Part shown: positions 29,034-38,576 of the stretch, in pieces
Layout of the letters: the number at the start of each line of letters is the position of its first letter
Numbering within the stretch: position 1 is the first letter of the stretch
From: an uncultured Acidobacteriota bacterium
Lineage (GTDB): Bacteria; Acidobacteriota; Thermoanaerobaculia; Multivoradales; UBA5704
Direction: 5' to 3'
Assembly: GCA_963700145.1 (NCBI GenBank)
Contig: OY969474.1
Location: 1,920,001-1,984,000 of the forward strand
Length of the DNA stretch: 64,000 nt
Notes under the pieces: model-generated
Database searches by the model: none
Seen by the model: only the letters and a program-made list of their open reading frames with translations
What the model was told of the DNA's origin: nothing
Program-made: the position numbers and the translations under genes

Positions 29034-29072
29034 GTCATCCTGAGCGTAGCGAAGGATCTGGGCGGGGGCGGC
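29034..29072 (+). repeat. REP-like palindromic repeat, copy 2
   Basis: GTCATCCTGAGCGTAGCGAAGGATCTGGGCGGGGGCGGC. Confidence 0.85.
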
Positions 29073-29087
29073 AGCTAGACTGGCAGG

Positions 29088-30344
29088 GTGGATTCCAGCT
29101 CCCTGAAGTCGCTGCGCCGGCACCGGGCGGTGCGGGCGCTGGTGCGGGTTACGGGGGGCGAGTGTCACCTGGTGGGCGGCGTGCTGCGCGATCGGCTGCT
29201 CGGGCTGGCGGTCAAGGATCTCGACGCGGTGGTGGCGGGGGGCGGGGAGGAGGTGGCGGGGCGGCTGGCGGCGGAGCTGGGGGCGCGGCTGGTGCGGCTG
29301 GGGGGCAAGGAGTTCGCCGCCTTCCGGCTGGTGGCGCGGCGGTGGGTGCTCGATCTGTGGGACCGCGCGGAGGTCTCGCTGGAGGACGACCTGGCGCGGC
29401 GCGACTTCTCGGTCAACTCGATCGCCTGGGCGCCGGCCGGCGGCGTCTTGACCGACCCCTTCGGCGGCCTCGACGACCTCGGCTGCCGGCTGCTGCGCGC
29501 AACGACCGCCGCGAGCTTCACCGGCGACCCGCTGCGCGTGCTCCGCTTGCCGCGCTTTCTCGTCCAGCTGCCGGGCTTCAGCGCTGACGCCGGGACCGTG
29601 GAGCTGGCACGCGCGAGCGCGCCAGGCCTCGCCGGCGTCGCCGCCGAGCGGGTGCGCGAGGAGCTGGGGCTGACGCTTGCGCATTCCGAGGCGTACCGGG
29701 GAGTCGAGCTACTCGCGCGGTTGGAGGTCTATCCGCGGCTGTGGCTGGGTGGGGAGGGGAACTCGGGCGATCCCGGCCAAGCGCTCGCTCTGTTGCGGGC
29801 GCTCCCGGCCGCCGCCGAGCGACTGCTCGTCGCCGCGCCGGAGCTCTCGGGTGCGCTCGATCGTGCCGCCGCGGCTTGGGCGGCCACCTTTGCGCCCCTA
29901 CCCGGTCCTCTCCAGGCGCTGGAGCGCTTCCGCCAGGCCGGCTACCTTACCAACCATCTCGCCGAGAGGGTGCAGGCCCTCCTCCGGCTGAGCTCCGTGC
30001 CCGAGGACGACCGCGCCCGCCGCCGCTTCCTGCACGCAGCCGGCGCCGCCTGGGCCACCGCGCTTGTCTTCCTCGGTGCCCGCGCCACCGCCGCTGGAAT
30101 GCTCGCGAGCTGGGAGCGCGCAGTGCCGCCGCTCGTCGAGCTGGCGCGCCGCCACGGCGCCGAGCTCGCCGCGCCGCCGCGGCTCCTCACCGGCGAGGAG
30201 GTGCAGGCGCTCCTCGGCGTGCCGCCGGGGCCGGCCGTCGGACGGGCGCTGGCGGCGGTGCGGGAGGCGCAGGTAGAGGGGACGGTGAGCGGGCGGGAGG
30301 AGGCGGTGCGGCTGGTCGAGTCGCTGCGCGGGAAGGGCGGCTAG
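29088..30344 (+). CDS. tRNA nucleotidyltransferase/poly(A) polymerase family protein
   Basis: LVGGVLRDRLLG...DLD, DLARRDFSVNSIA, DPFGGLDDL, DPLRVLR, ERVREEL. Confidence 0.88.
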   Translation: MDSSSLKSLRRHRAVRALVRVTGGECHLVGGVLRDRLLGLAVKDLDAVVAGGGEEVAGRLAAELGARLVRLGGKEFAAFRLVARRWVLDLWDRAEVSLEDDLARRDFSVNSIAWAPAGGVLTDPFGGLDDLGCRLLRATTAASFTGDPLRVLRLPRFLVQLPGFSADAGTVELARASAPGLAGVAAERVREELGLTLAHSEAYRGVELLARLEVYPRLWLGGEGNSGDPGQALALLRALPAAAERLLVAAPELSGALDRAAAAWAATFAPLPGPLQALERFRQAGYLTNHLAERVQALLRLSSVPEDDRARRRFLHAAGAAWATALVFLGARATAAGMLASWERAVPPLVELARRHGAELAAPPRLLTGEEVQALLGVPPGPAVGRALAAVREAQVEGTVSGREEAVRLVESLRGKGG

Positions 30345-30351
30345 CCGGCGG

Positions 30352-31782
30352 TCAGCGCGAGAAGATCCCGGACTTCTTCCCCTCCCCGCCCCCCTGCTGC
30401 TGCTGGTTGAGCTCCTTGATCCGCGCCATCAGCTTGTCGATCTTCTCCTGCGCCTCCTGGCGCAGGCGCCCGTAGTCGGCGCGCACGCGCTCGCGGTCCT
30501 GCGTGATCTCCTGCAGCCGCTGCTTCATCTCCTCGATCTGCCCGTCGCGCCCCTGGATGGCGGCGTGCAGCTCGGCGATCTGCTCGTCCTTCTCGGCGAG
30601 GCGGATCCGCGTCTTTTCCTCCTGCTCCTCGTAGAGGCGGCGGAACTGCTGCAGCTCGACGATCTGGGAAAAGTCGGACGTCGTGGGGCTCATGTCTCCA
30701 CCTCGCTCCTCGATGACGGGGAACATCTTGCGCAGCTTGAGCGACAGGTCCTCGGGATCGCCAGACTGCCGCATCGCCTCGGCGTAGGAGATCGTGCCGT
30801 GCACCAGCAGCGCCAGCAGCGACTGGTTCATCGACTGCATGCGGTAGTAGGGGACCGAGGACTCGACCTCGTCGTGGAGCTGGCTGGTCTCGCCCTTCTC
30901 GATCATCGCCGCGATCTTGGGCGAGGCCTTCATGATCTCGAGCGCCGCCACCAGGCCCTTACCGTCCTGGCGCTCGACCAGCTTCATCGACACCACGCCC
31001 TTGAGCACCTGAGCCAGCTGGGTGCGCACCTGCGCCTGCTGGTCGGCGGGGAAGGCGTCGAGGATGCGGTCGACGGTCTGCGTCGCGGTGTTGGTGTGCA
31101 GCGTCGAGAAGACCAGGTGCCCGGTCTCGGCGGCGGTGATCACCGTCGAGACGGTCTCGGGGTCGCGCATCTCGCCGACCATGATGACGTCGGGGTCCTG
31201 GCGCAGGACGTTGCGCAGCGCCTCGGAGAAGCTGATGGTGTCGGTGCCCACCTCGCGCTGGGAGATGGCGGCCGCGTCGTCGGTGAAGAGGAACTCCATC
31301 GGGTCCTCGATGGTGACGACGTGGACCGGCCGCCGCTGCGCGATGTGGTTGATCAGGGCGGCGAGGGTGGTCGACTTGCCGCTGCCGGTGGGGCCGGTGA
31401 TCAGCACCATGCCCATCGGCAGGTCGCAGAAGTCGAGCAGCGTCGGCGGCAGCTCGAGCTGCTCGATGTCCTTGATCTTGAAGGGGATGCGGCGGAAGGA
31501 GGCGGCCAGCGTGCCGCGCTGGCGGTAGATGTTGGCGCGGAAGCGGGCGAGGCCCTTGACGCCGTAGCCGATGTCCACCGCCATCCGCTCGTCGAGCCGC
31601 GCCTGCTGCCAGGGCTCGAGCACCTTGAGGATCATCTCGCGCAGCTGGTCGGGGTCGAGCGGCGGCGACTCCACCGCCATGAGCCGCCCGTTGATGCGCA
31701 GCAGAGGCGGACGGGTGGGCTTCAGATGGAGGTCGGACGCCCCCTTGTCCGTCATCAGCTTGAGCAGGCGGTCGAGGTCCAT
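30352..31782 (-). CDS. pilT: PilT/PilU-family type IV pilus retraction ATPase with C-terminal coiled coil
   Basis: ASDLHL, GPTGSGKSTT, TIEDP, QREVG.D, LRQDPDVIMVGEMRD, AAETGHLVFSTLHTN. Confidence 0.9.
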   Translation of the reverse strand: MDLDRLLKLMTDKGASDLHLKPTRPPLLRINGRLMAVESPPLDPDQLREMILKVLEPWQQARLDERMAVDIGYGVKGLARFRANIYRQRGTLAASFRRIPFKIKDIEQLELPPTLLDFCDLPMGMVLITGPTGSGKSTTLAALINHIAQRRPVHVVTIEDPMEFLFTDDAAAISQREVGTDTISFSEALRNVLRQDPDVIMVGEMRDPETVSTVITAAETGHLVFSTLHTNTATQTVDRILDAFPADQQAQVRTQLAQVLKGVVSMKLVERQDGKGLVAALEIMKASPKIAAMIEKGETSQLHDEVESSVPYYRMQSMNQSLLALLVHGTISYAEAMRQSGDPEDLSLKLRKMFPVIEERGGDMSPTTSDFSQIVELQQFRRLYEEQEEKTRIRLAEKDEQIAELHAAIQGRDGQIEEMKQRLQEITQDRERVRADYGRLRQEAQEKIDKLMARIKELNQQQQGGGEGKKSGIFSR

Positions 31783-31862
31783 CAGCACCCTGTCGGGATG
31801 CGGCGCATTGTACAGGACGGCGGCAGCTTCCTTGGCAGGCAGTTCGAGGGTATGGTCTCGCC

Positions 31863-32431
31863 ATGAGCGCCGCGCCGCGCCCGCGAATGAAGGCCGAGGA
31901 GTATCTGGCGTTCGAACGGAGTCAGGTGGAGGCCAAGAACGAGTTCCTGGACGGCGAGCTCGTCGCCATGGCGGGCGCCAGTCGCAAGCATGCCTGCTCG
32001 TCGGAAACATGGTGACCGCGCTCAACCCGCAGCTCCGCGACCGCGGCTGTGAGGTCTACGCCAACGAGATGCGAGTGCGCATCCCGGCCACAAATTCCTA
32101 TCTCTACCCCGACGTGGTTGTCGCTTGCGAGCCCCGCTTCGAGGATGCCGAGACGGACACGCTGCTAAATTCCAAGGTGATCGTCGAGGTCCGCTCGCCA
32201 TCCACCGAAGCCTACGACCGCGGCATCAAGCTCGCCCATTACCGGACGCTCGAATCGCTCGCCGAGATCCTGTTGATCGCCCAGGACCGCGTGCACGTCG
32301 AGCACTTCGTCCGCCAGGCCAGCGACCGCTGGCTGCTGATCGAGACCGACGACCTCGAAAGGGTGCTCGATCTCCCTTCGGTCGGCGCCCGCCTTTCCCT
32401 GCGCGAGATCTACGACCGCGTGCTTTCCTGA
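31863..32431 (+). pseudogene. Uma2-family (PD-(D/E)XK) endonuclease, frameshifted
   Basis: One frame reads MSAAPRPRMKAEEYLAFERS...EFLDGELVAMAGASRKH, then continues in another frame as LLVGNM...YPDVVV...IVEVRSPSTEAYDRG.K..Y. This implies one base missing near 31990. Confidence 0.8.
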
Positions 32432-32439
32432 CCGCTGCG

Positions 32440-32940
32440 TCAGAGGGCGAGCGAGCGCTGGAGGGCGCCTTCGAGCTCGAGGAGGTAGCGCTTGCGGTCG
32501 ATGCCGCCGGCGTAGCCGGTCAAGGAGCCGGCGGCGCCGATCACCCGGTGGCAGGGGATGACGACGCCGATCGGGTTGTCGTGGTTGGCCCGCCCTACCG
32601 CCCGCGCCGCGCCGGGCTTGCCGACGGCGGCGGCAAGCTCGCCGTAGGAGCGGGTCTCGCCGTAGGGGATGGCGAGGAGGGCGTCCCAGACGTCGCGCTG
32701 GAAGGGGGTGCCGGTGGGGGCCAAGGGCAGCTCGAAGGCGGTGCGCTCGCCGGCGAAGTACTCGGCGAGCTGGCGGCGCAGGAGCGGGAAAGGGGCGGCG
32801 TCGGGGTCCATCTCGCCGCCGCCGAGCGCCGCGCGCGCCGCCGCCTCGTCGGCGTAGAAGCTCAGCCCCACGAGCCGCCCCTCCCGCGCCGCTGCCAGGG
32901 CGGTGCCGAAGGGGGTCGGGAAGAGGGCGTAGGCGCTCAG
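32440..32940 (-). CDS. ogt: Methylated-DNA--protein-cysteine methyltransferase
   Basis: GTPFQ..VW..L..IPYGET.SYGELA, ARAVG.A...NP...VIPCHRV. Plausible N-terminus (FPTPFG) extends to a CTG at 32940. Confidence 0.92.
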   Translation of the reverse strand: MSAYALFPTPFGTALAAAREGRLVGLSFYADEAAARAALGGGEMDPDAAPFPLLRRQLAEYFAGERTAFELPLAPTGTPFQRDVWDALLAIPYGETRSYGELAAAVGKPGAARAVGRANHDNPIGVVIPCHRVIGAAGSLTGYAGGIDRKRYLLELEGALQRSLAL

Positions 32941-33569
32941 AATTTCCTCATGAGCCCGACCACGATCCCCTGCACGCGCACGTCGCGGGCCGGGACGTGG
33001 AGCGCCTGCATCGCCGGGTTGGCGGGCTGGAGGCGCACCGTCTCCCCCTCGGGGAAGAAGCGCTTCAGCGTGGCGTCGTCGCCGACCAGCGCGACGACCA
33101 TCTCTCCGGCCTCGGCGCGCTCGCGGCGCAGCACGACGACGTAGTCGCCGTCCTGGATCCCCTCCTCGATCATCGAGTCGCCGACCACGCGCAGCACGTA
33201 GTGGTCGCCGGCGCGGGTCGAGAGCAGGTGCGTCGGCACCGCCAGCCGCTCGTTGCCGGCCACGGCCTCGATCGGCCGCCCGGCGGCGATGCGGCCGAAG
33301 AAGGGGAGGTCCACCTGCGAGGCGGTGCTGCCGCCGCCCGGGATGGCGCGGATCAGCTCCATGCCGCGCTTCTGGTTCCAGTCGCGGCGCAGGTAGCCCT
33401 TGTCCTGCAGCAGGCGCAGGTGCTTGTAGACCGTGCCGTAGGACGAGAAGCCGAACCGCTCGCAGATCTCGCGGTGGGTGGGGGCGATGCCCTGGGTGCG
33501 CAGGAACTCCTGGATATACTCCAGGATCTCGCGCTGGCGCTCCGTCAGGTAGGCGGGTTTGGCGCTCAT
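32937..33569 (-). CDS. lexA: LexA repressor
   Basis: LTERQREILEYI..PTHREI, GRIAAGRPI (Ala-Gly cleavage site), VVGDSM (Ser), ATLKRF (Lys), LQPAN. Confidence 0.93.
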   Translation of the reverse strand: MSAKPAYLTERQREILEYIQEFLRTQGIAPTHREICERFGFSSYGTVYKHLRLLQDKGYLRRDWNQKRGMELIRAIPGGGSTASQVDLPFFGRIAAGRPIEAVAGNERLAVPTHLLSTRAGDHYVLRVVGDSMIEEGIQDGDYVVVLRRERAEAGEMVVALVGDDATLKRFFPEGETVRLQPANPAMQALHVPARDVRVQGIVVGLMRKF

Positions 33570-33599
33570 GGGAGAGAGGATAGGCGGAATCGAGGCGTA

Positions 33600-34892
33600 A
33601 TGCAAGCTCCCGGCGCGATCCTCCCCGATCTCACCTGCCAGCTCCACACTCTCGACAACGGCCTGCGGGTGGTCCTCCACCGCGAGCCGTCGCTGCCGCT
33701 GGTCGCCGTCAACCTCTGGTACCACGTCGGCTCGAAGAACGAGCGCCCCGGCCGCACCGGCTTCGCCCACCTCTTCGAGCACATGCTCTTCCAGGGCAGC
33801 GCCAACGTGCCGATCCACGAGCACTTCCGCCAGGTGCAGCGGGTCGGCGGCGTGCTCAACGGCTCCACCTGGTACGACCGCACCAACTACTACGAGACCC
33901 TGCCGGCGCACCACCTCGAGCTCGGGCTCTGGCTGGAGTCCGACCGCATGGGCTTCCTGCTGCCGGCGGTCACCCAGCAGAACCTCGACACCCAGCGCGA
34001 CGTGGTGATGAACGAGCGCCGGCAGCGGGTGGAGAACCAGCCGTACGGGCGGGCCACCGAGCGGCTGCACGAGCTGCTCTACCCCGCCGACCACCCCTAT
34101 CACTGGCCGGTCATCGGCTACCTCGACGACATCGCCGCCGCCTCGCTCGAAGAGGTGCGGGACTTCTGCCGCACCTACTACACGCCGAACAACGCGGTGC
34201 TGACGGTGGCCGGCGACATCGACCCCGCCGCCGCCCTGGCGCTCGTCGAGCGCTGGTTCGGCGACATCCCGCGCGGCCCGAAGCCGCCGCCGGTCGCCGC
34301 CGCCGACCCGCTGCCCCTGGACGGCGAGCGGCGCGAGGCGCTGCCGGACGACATCCGCCTCGCCCGCGTCTACTTCGGCTTCCGCGCGCCGCGCTACGGC
34401 GACGCGCGCTGGTACGCCGGCGACCTGCTGGCCGGTGTGCTGTCGGCCGGCAAGTCGAGCGTCCTCTACCGCGACCTCGTCTACCGGCGGCAGCTCGCCC
34501 AGGAGGTGGGCGTGCACCTCGACCCGACCGAGCTGGCGGGGACCTTCTACGTCGTCGCCACGGCGAAGCCGGGAGTCGAGCCGGAGGCGCTCGTCGAGGC
34601 GCTGTCCGAGCACCTCGCCGGCGCCGCCGCGGCGCCCCCCGCGCCCGAGGACTTCGAGCGAGCGCGCAACAAGGCGCTGACCGACATCTTCGGGGTGCTG
34701 CAGAAGCTCGACCACCGCGCCGACCTGCTGTCGCAGTACACGACCTACTTCGACGATCCGTCCGGCCTGGCGCGCGAGGCCGAGCGCTACGCCGCCCTGC
34801 GGCCCGAGGAGCTGGCGGGCTTCGCGGCCGAGGTCTGCCGCCCGGAGCGGCGCGTCGTGGTGACGGTCGTGCCGCGCGAGGCGGCGGCGTGA
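33600..34892 (+). CDS. M16 (pitrilysin-family) zinc peptidase, catalytic subunit
   Basis: VGSKNE..G.TGFAHLFEHMLF (HxxEH), NGSTWYDRTNYYE, VVMNERR. Confidence 0.93.
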   Translation: MQAPGAILPDLTCQLHTLDNGLRVVLHREPSLPLVAVNLWYHVGSKNERPGRTGFAHLFEHMLFQGSANVPIHEHFRQVQRVGGVLNGSTWYDRTNYYETLPAHHLELGLWLESDRMGFLLPAVTQQNLDTQRDVVMNERRQRVENQPYGRATERLHELLYPADHPYHWPVIGYLDDIAAASLEEVRDFCRTYYTPNNAVLTVAGDIDPAAALALVERWFGDIPRGPKPPPVAAADPLPLDGERREALPDDIRLARVYFGFRAPRYGDARWYAGDLLAGVLSAGKSSVLYRDLVYRRQLAQEVGVHLDPTELAGTFYVVATAKPGVEPEALVEALSEHLAGAAAAPPAPEDFERARNKALTDIFGVLQKLDHRADLLSQYTTYFDDPSGLAREAERYAALRPEELAGFAAEVCRPERRVVVTVVPREAAA

Positions 34893-36274
34893 GCGCCGAG
34901 GTCGCGCTCGATCGCACCCTGCCGCCGGAGCCGGGGACGCTCCGCGCCTTCGACTTTCCGGACTTCCTGCACACCGAGCTGCCGGGCGGGCTGGCCGTCT
35001 ACGCCGCGCGCCACGGCGACGTGCCGCTGGTCTCGCTCGAGCTGGTGACGCCGGCCGGCGGCCAGCACGACCCGCCGGGACGGCACGGCCTCTCGACCCT
35101 CACCGCCGGCCTCCTCGACGAGGGCACGGCGCGCGGCGGCGCGCTCGAGATCGCCGCCCGCGTCGAGCGGCTGGGGGGGTACCTGGCGAGCGGCGCCGAC
35201 TGGGACTCCTCGTATCTCGCGGCCGGCGTCCTGTCGCGCAACCTGCCGGCCGCGCTCGAGCTCCTGGCCGAGGTGGCGACCTCTCCCACCTTCCCGCCCG
35301 AGGAGCTGGAGCGGCTGCGGCGCCAGCGCCTGGCGGAGCTCCTCCGCCGCCGCCACGACCCGGCGATCCTGGCGGACGAGCGGGTGACCGAGGAGATCTT
35401 CCGCGGCACCGTCTACGGCCGCTCGCTCCTGGGCGACGAGGAGAGCGTCGCGGCGATCGCTCGCGACGATGTCGTCGCCCACTACCGGCGGCACTACGGC
35501 CTGCGCGACGCGGCGCTGGTGGCGGTCGGCGACCTCGACCCCGAGGCGCTGGTCGAGGCGGCCGAGCGGATCTTCGGCGGCGGCGGCGGCCCGCCTTCCC
35601 CGACGCCGCCGGAGGTGCGGCCGGCGCCGCTGCCCGGCGTCGTGGTCCACGTGGTGGACCGCCCCGGCGCCGCGCAGACCGAGCTGCGCCTCGGCCACGC
35701 CGGCGTCCCGCGCCGCCACCCCGACTACTCGCCGCTGGTGGTGCTCAACACACTCCTCGGCGGCCAGTTCACCAGCCGCATCAACTTGAACCTGCGCGAG
35801 CGCCACGGCTACACCTACGGCGCCCACAGCCGCTTCGTGGGTCGGCGGGGGCCCGGCCCCTTCCTGGTCTCGGCGGCGGTGGCGACGGAGGCGACGGGCG
35901 CGGCGGCGCGAGAGGTGCTCGGCGAGCTGGAGCGGCTGCGCGAGGAGCCGGTCGGGGCGGTCGAGCTGGCGGAGACGCGCGACTACCTGATCGGGGTCTT
36001 CCCCTACACCGTGCAGACGATCGGCGACCTGGCGAAGCGGCTGGAGATGCTGGCGACCTACGGCCTGCCGGACGACTACTTCGAGCGCTACATCGAGCGG
36101 GTGCGCGCGGTGACCGCCGAGGAGGTGCAGCGGCTCGCCCGCCGCCACCTCCACCCCGACCGGATCGCCATCGTCGCCGTCGGCCCCGCCGAAACCCTGG
36201 AGCGCCAGCTCTCGGCGCTCGGCCCCGTCACCGTGTGGAGCCCCGACGGGCGCGTGCCGGTGGCGGCGGCGTAG
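34889..36274 (+). CDS. M16 peptidase, non-catalytic partner subunit
   Basis: No HxxEH; LGGQFTSRINLNLRERHGYTYG; GTGA overlap. Confidence 0.9.
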   Translation: MSAEVALDRTLPPEPGTLRAFDFPDFLHTELPGGLAVYAARHGDVPLVSLELVTPAGGQHDPPGRHGLSTLTAGLLDEGTARGGALEIAARVERLGGYLASGADWDSSYLAAGVLSRNLPAALELLAEVATSPTFPPEELERLRRQRLAELLRRRHDPAILADERVTEEIFRGTVYGRSLLGDEESVAAIARDDVVAHYRRHYGLRDAALVAVGDLDPEALVEAAERIFGGGGGPPSPTPPEVRPAPLPGVVVHVVDRPGAAQTELRLGHAGVPRRHPDYSPLVVLNTLLGGQFTSRINLNLRERHGYTYGAHSRFVGRRGPGPFLVSAAVATEATGAAAREVLGELERLREEPVGAVELAETRDYLIGVFPYTVQTIGDLAKRLEMLATYGLPDDYFERYIERVRAVTAEEVQRLARRHLHPDRIAIVAVGPAETLERQLSALGPVTVWSPDGRVPVAAA

Positions 36275-36292
36275 CCCCGAGCGGAAGGACCG

Positions 36293-38404
36293 TCAGTAGA
36301 GCTGGGCCGTGACCCGGCCGCCGGCCGTGAGATGAACAGCCAGGCGGCGGGCGGCGCCGCCGGGGAGGGCGACCTCGACGACCTCGGCGGTGCGCCCTTC
36401 GGGCGTAACCAAAACCAGGAGCCGCTCGGTGCCGGCCGGCACCACGACGTTCTGCTGGAACCAACCGCCGCGCGCCCGCCGGCTCAAGAAGCTCCCCTCG
36501 CGGAAGTCGAAGCGCCGGTTGAGCAGGCTCTGCTGCCTGGTCCGCACCATCACCGTGCCGAGCGGCAGGTCGCTGCGGAACTCCACCGTCAGCGTCGCGA
36601 GCGCCGGCTGCTGCGGCTGCGGGACCGCGGGCAACGTCTCCGCCACCGCCGGCGCCGCGGCCGGCGGCGCGGCCTCGGTCGCCGGCACCGTCGGGCCCGG
36701 CCGCTGCGCGCGCTGCGCCGCCCCCTGCCGCTCGCGTCCGGCCACCGCCGTGCGCAGGATCTGCGGCGCCTCGGGATGGTGGGGGTCGAGCTCCAGGATG
36801 CGCCGGCCGGCCGCTTCGGCGGCGTCCCAGCCGCGGCGGCGCAGAGCGCCGTGCGCCTCCTCCAGGCGAGTGCCGATCTCCTGCTCGATCGCCTGCCGCC
36901 GCGCCAAGTCCATCGTCTCCCGCTCCGCGTCGCGGCGCAGCTTGCCGAGCACTGTCACGGCGGGGGCCAGCCGCTCGGCGCGGCCGAAGGCTTCCGCGGC
37001 CGCCGGCGCCTGGCCCGCCTCCCTGAGCGCGGCCCCCTCCGAGATCAGCGGCACGACCTGCGGATGGACATCCGGCGCCTCGGCGTTGGCGGGGACCGGC
37101 GGCTGGGTCCAGGCGAGGAGCAGGAGCGCCGCCGCCACCGCGAAGATCGGCACCGCCGCGGCGGCGGCGGTGAGGAGCGCGAGACGGCGGGGCGCCGGGG
37201 AGAGCGGCGCGCTGGCCGCGGCCGGCGGCGCCGGACGCACCGGCATCGGGTCGGGCGGGATGAGCGGCACGACGTCCGCCAGCTCGAGCCCCGAAGAGAC
37301 GGTCTCGTCGTCGCCCGGCAGCGGGCTCAGCACGACCTCGCCGCTCGGGATTTCGGCAGCGGCGGCCACGGCCGCCGGCGCCGCGGTGGACGGCATCGCC
37401 GCCGTTCGCTTGCGCGGCAGCAACCGCCTCCAGATCGGCACCACCGGCGCCGCCAGCGCCTCCTCGGCGAGCACCGCCGTCGCCGCCAGGCTCTGCGTCT
37501 CGTTGAGCGACTCGTGATCGGCGGCCGGCCGCTCCCCCACCAGGCGCTTGAGGTCGTCGGTCAGCTCGCGCGCCCGCTGGTAGCGCTCCGCCGGGTCCTT
37601 CGCCAGCGCCCGGGCGAGGATGCGCTCCACCTCCGGCGGCAGGTCGCGCACGTACTGGCGGGGCGGCGTGAACCCGTCGTAGACGATGCGGTGGGAGACG
37701 ACCGTCAGGTTCTCGCCCTGGAAGGGCTTGTGCCGGGTGAGCATCTCGTAGAGCACCACCCCGAGCGAGAAGAGGTCGGCGCGGTGGTCCACCTCCTTGC
37801 CCAGGATCTGCTCCGGCGCCATGTAGTTGGGGGTGCCGAGGAGCTGCCCCTCCTGGGTCAGGTTCGAGGTGTCGAGCCGCGCGATGCCGAAGTCGGTGAT
37901 CTTCACCCGGTTGTCGGCGGTGATGATGATGTTGGCGGGCTTGACGTCGCGGTGGACGACGCCGCGCGAGTGGGCGTAGTCGAGGGCCTCGCCGACCTGG
38001 CGCACGATCTCGGCCGCGAACGGCAGGCCGAGCGGCGTCCCGCCCTGCAGGAGCTGCTTCAGGTTGGTGCCGCGGACGTACTCCATGGCGATGAACGCCA
38101 CACCGTCCGCCCCTTCCTCGACGACGTCGTGGATGGTGACGATGTTGGGGTGCGAGAGGATGCCGGCGCTCTGCGCCTCGCGGATGAAGCGGGCGCGGAA
38201 CTGCTGCAGCTCGTGGTCCTTGACCGAGTAGCCGATGCGGAAGGTCTTGAGCGCCACCAGGCGCCCGATCAGCGGGTCGCGGGCCAGGAAGACCACCCCG
38301 GCCGCGCCCTTGCCGAGCTCGTCGAGGATCTCGTAGCGGCCGAGTCGGCTTGGGGTAGCAGGCAACATCGACGTCGTCTGAAAAGCGCGAGTTGGAAGGG
38401 GCAT
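36293..38404 (-). CDS. Hanks-type Ser/Thr protein kinase, membrane-anchored
   Basis: LGKGAAGVV, VALK, HRDVKPAN, TDFGIA, GTPNYMAPEQ; TM helix and TPR-like C-terminal part; start uncertain. Confidence 0.92.
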   Translation of the reverse strand: MPLPTRAFQTTSMLPATPSRLGRYEILDELGKGAAGVVFLARDPLIGRLVALKTFRIGYSVKDHELQQFRARFIREAQSAGILSHPNIVTIHDVVEEGADGVAFIAMEYVRGTNLKQLLQGGTPLGLPFAAEIVRQVGEALDYAHSRGVVHRDVKPANIIITADNRVKITDFGIARLDTSNLTQEGQLLGTPNYMAPEQILGKEVDHRADLFSLGVVLYEMLTRHKPFQGENLTVVSHRIVYDGFTPPRQYVRDLPPEVERILARALAKDPAERYQRARELTDDLKRLVGERPAADHESLNETQSLAATAVLAEEALAAPVVPIWRRLLPRKRTAAMPSTAAPAAVAAAAEIPSGEVVLSPLPGDDETVSSGLELADVVPLIPPDPMPVRPAPPAAASAPLSPAPRRLALLTAAAAAVPIFAVAAALLLLAWTQPPVPANAEAPDVHPQVVPLISEGAALREAGQAPAAAEAFGRAERLAPAVTVLGKLRRDAERETMDLARRQAIEQEIGTRLEEAHGALRRRGWDAAEAAGRRILELDPHHPEAPQILRTAVAGRERQGAAQRAQRPGPTVPATEAAPPAAAPAVAETLPAVPQPQQPALATLTVEFRSDLPLGTVMVRTRQQSLLNRRFDFREGSFLSRRARGGWFQQNVVVPAGTERLLVLVTPEGRTAEVVEVALPGGAARRLAVHLTAGGRVTAQLY

Positions 38405-38576
38405 TGTAGGCTCCGAGCGGCCCCGAGTCAAACCCGCGCGTGTGCCGCTAAGCGATTCTGCCGCTTGCGTTTAACCGCCGAAGCACGGGCCGGCGTCAAG
38501 CCGGGCTGCTATGGTATATCTTCGCGCTGCTCTCCCGGCCGGGAGCGCCGAGCCTACCCACAGGAGGTCCCCAGGC

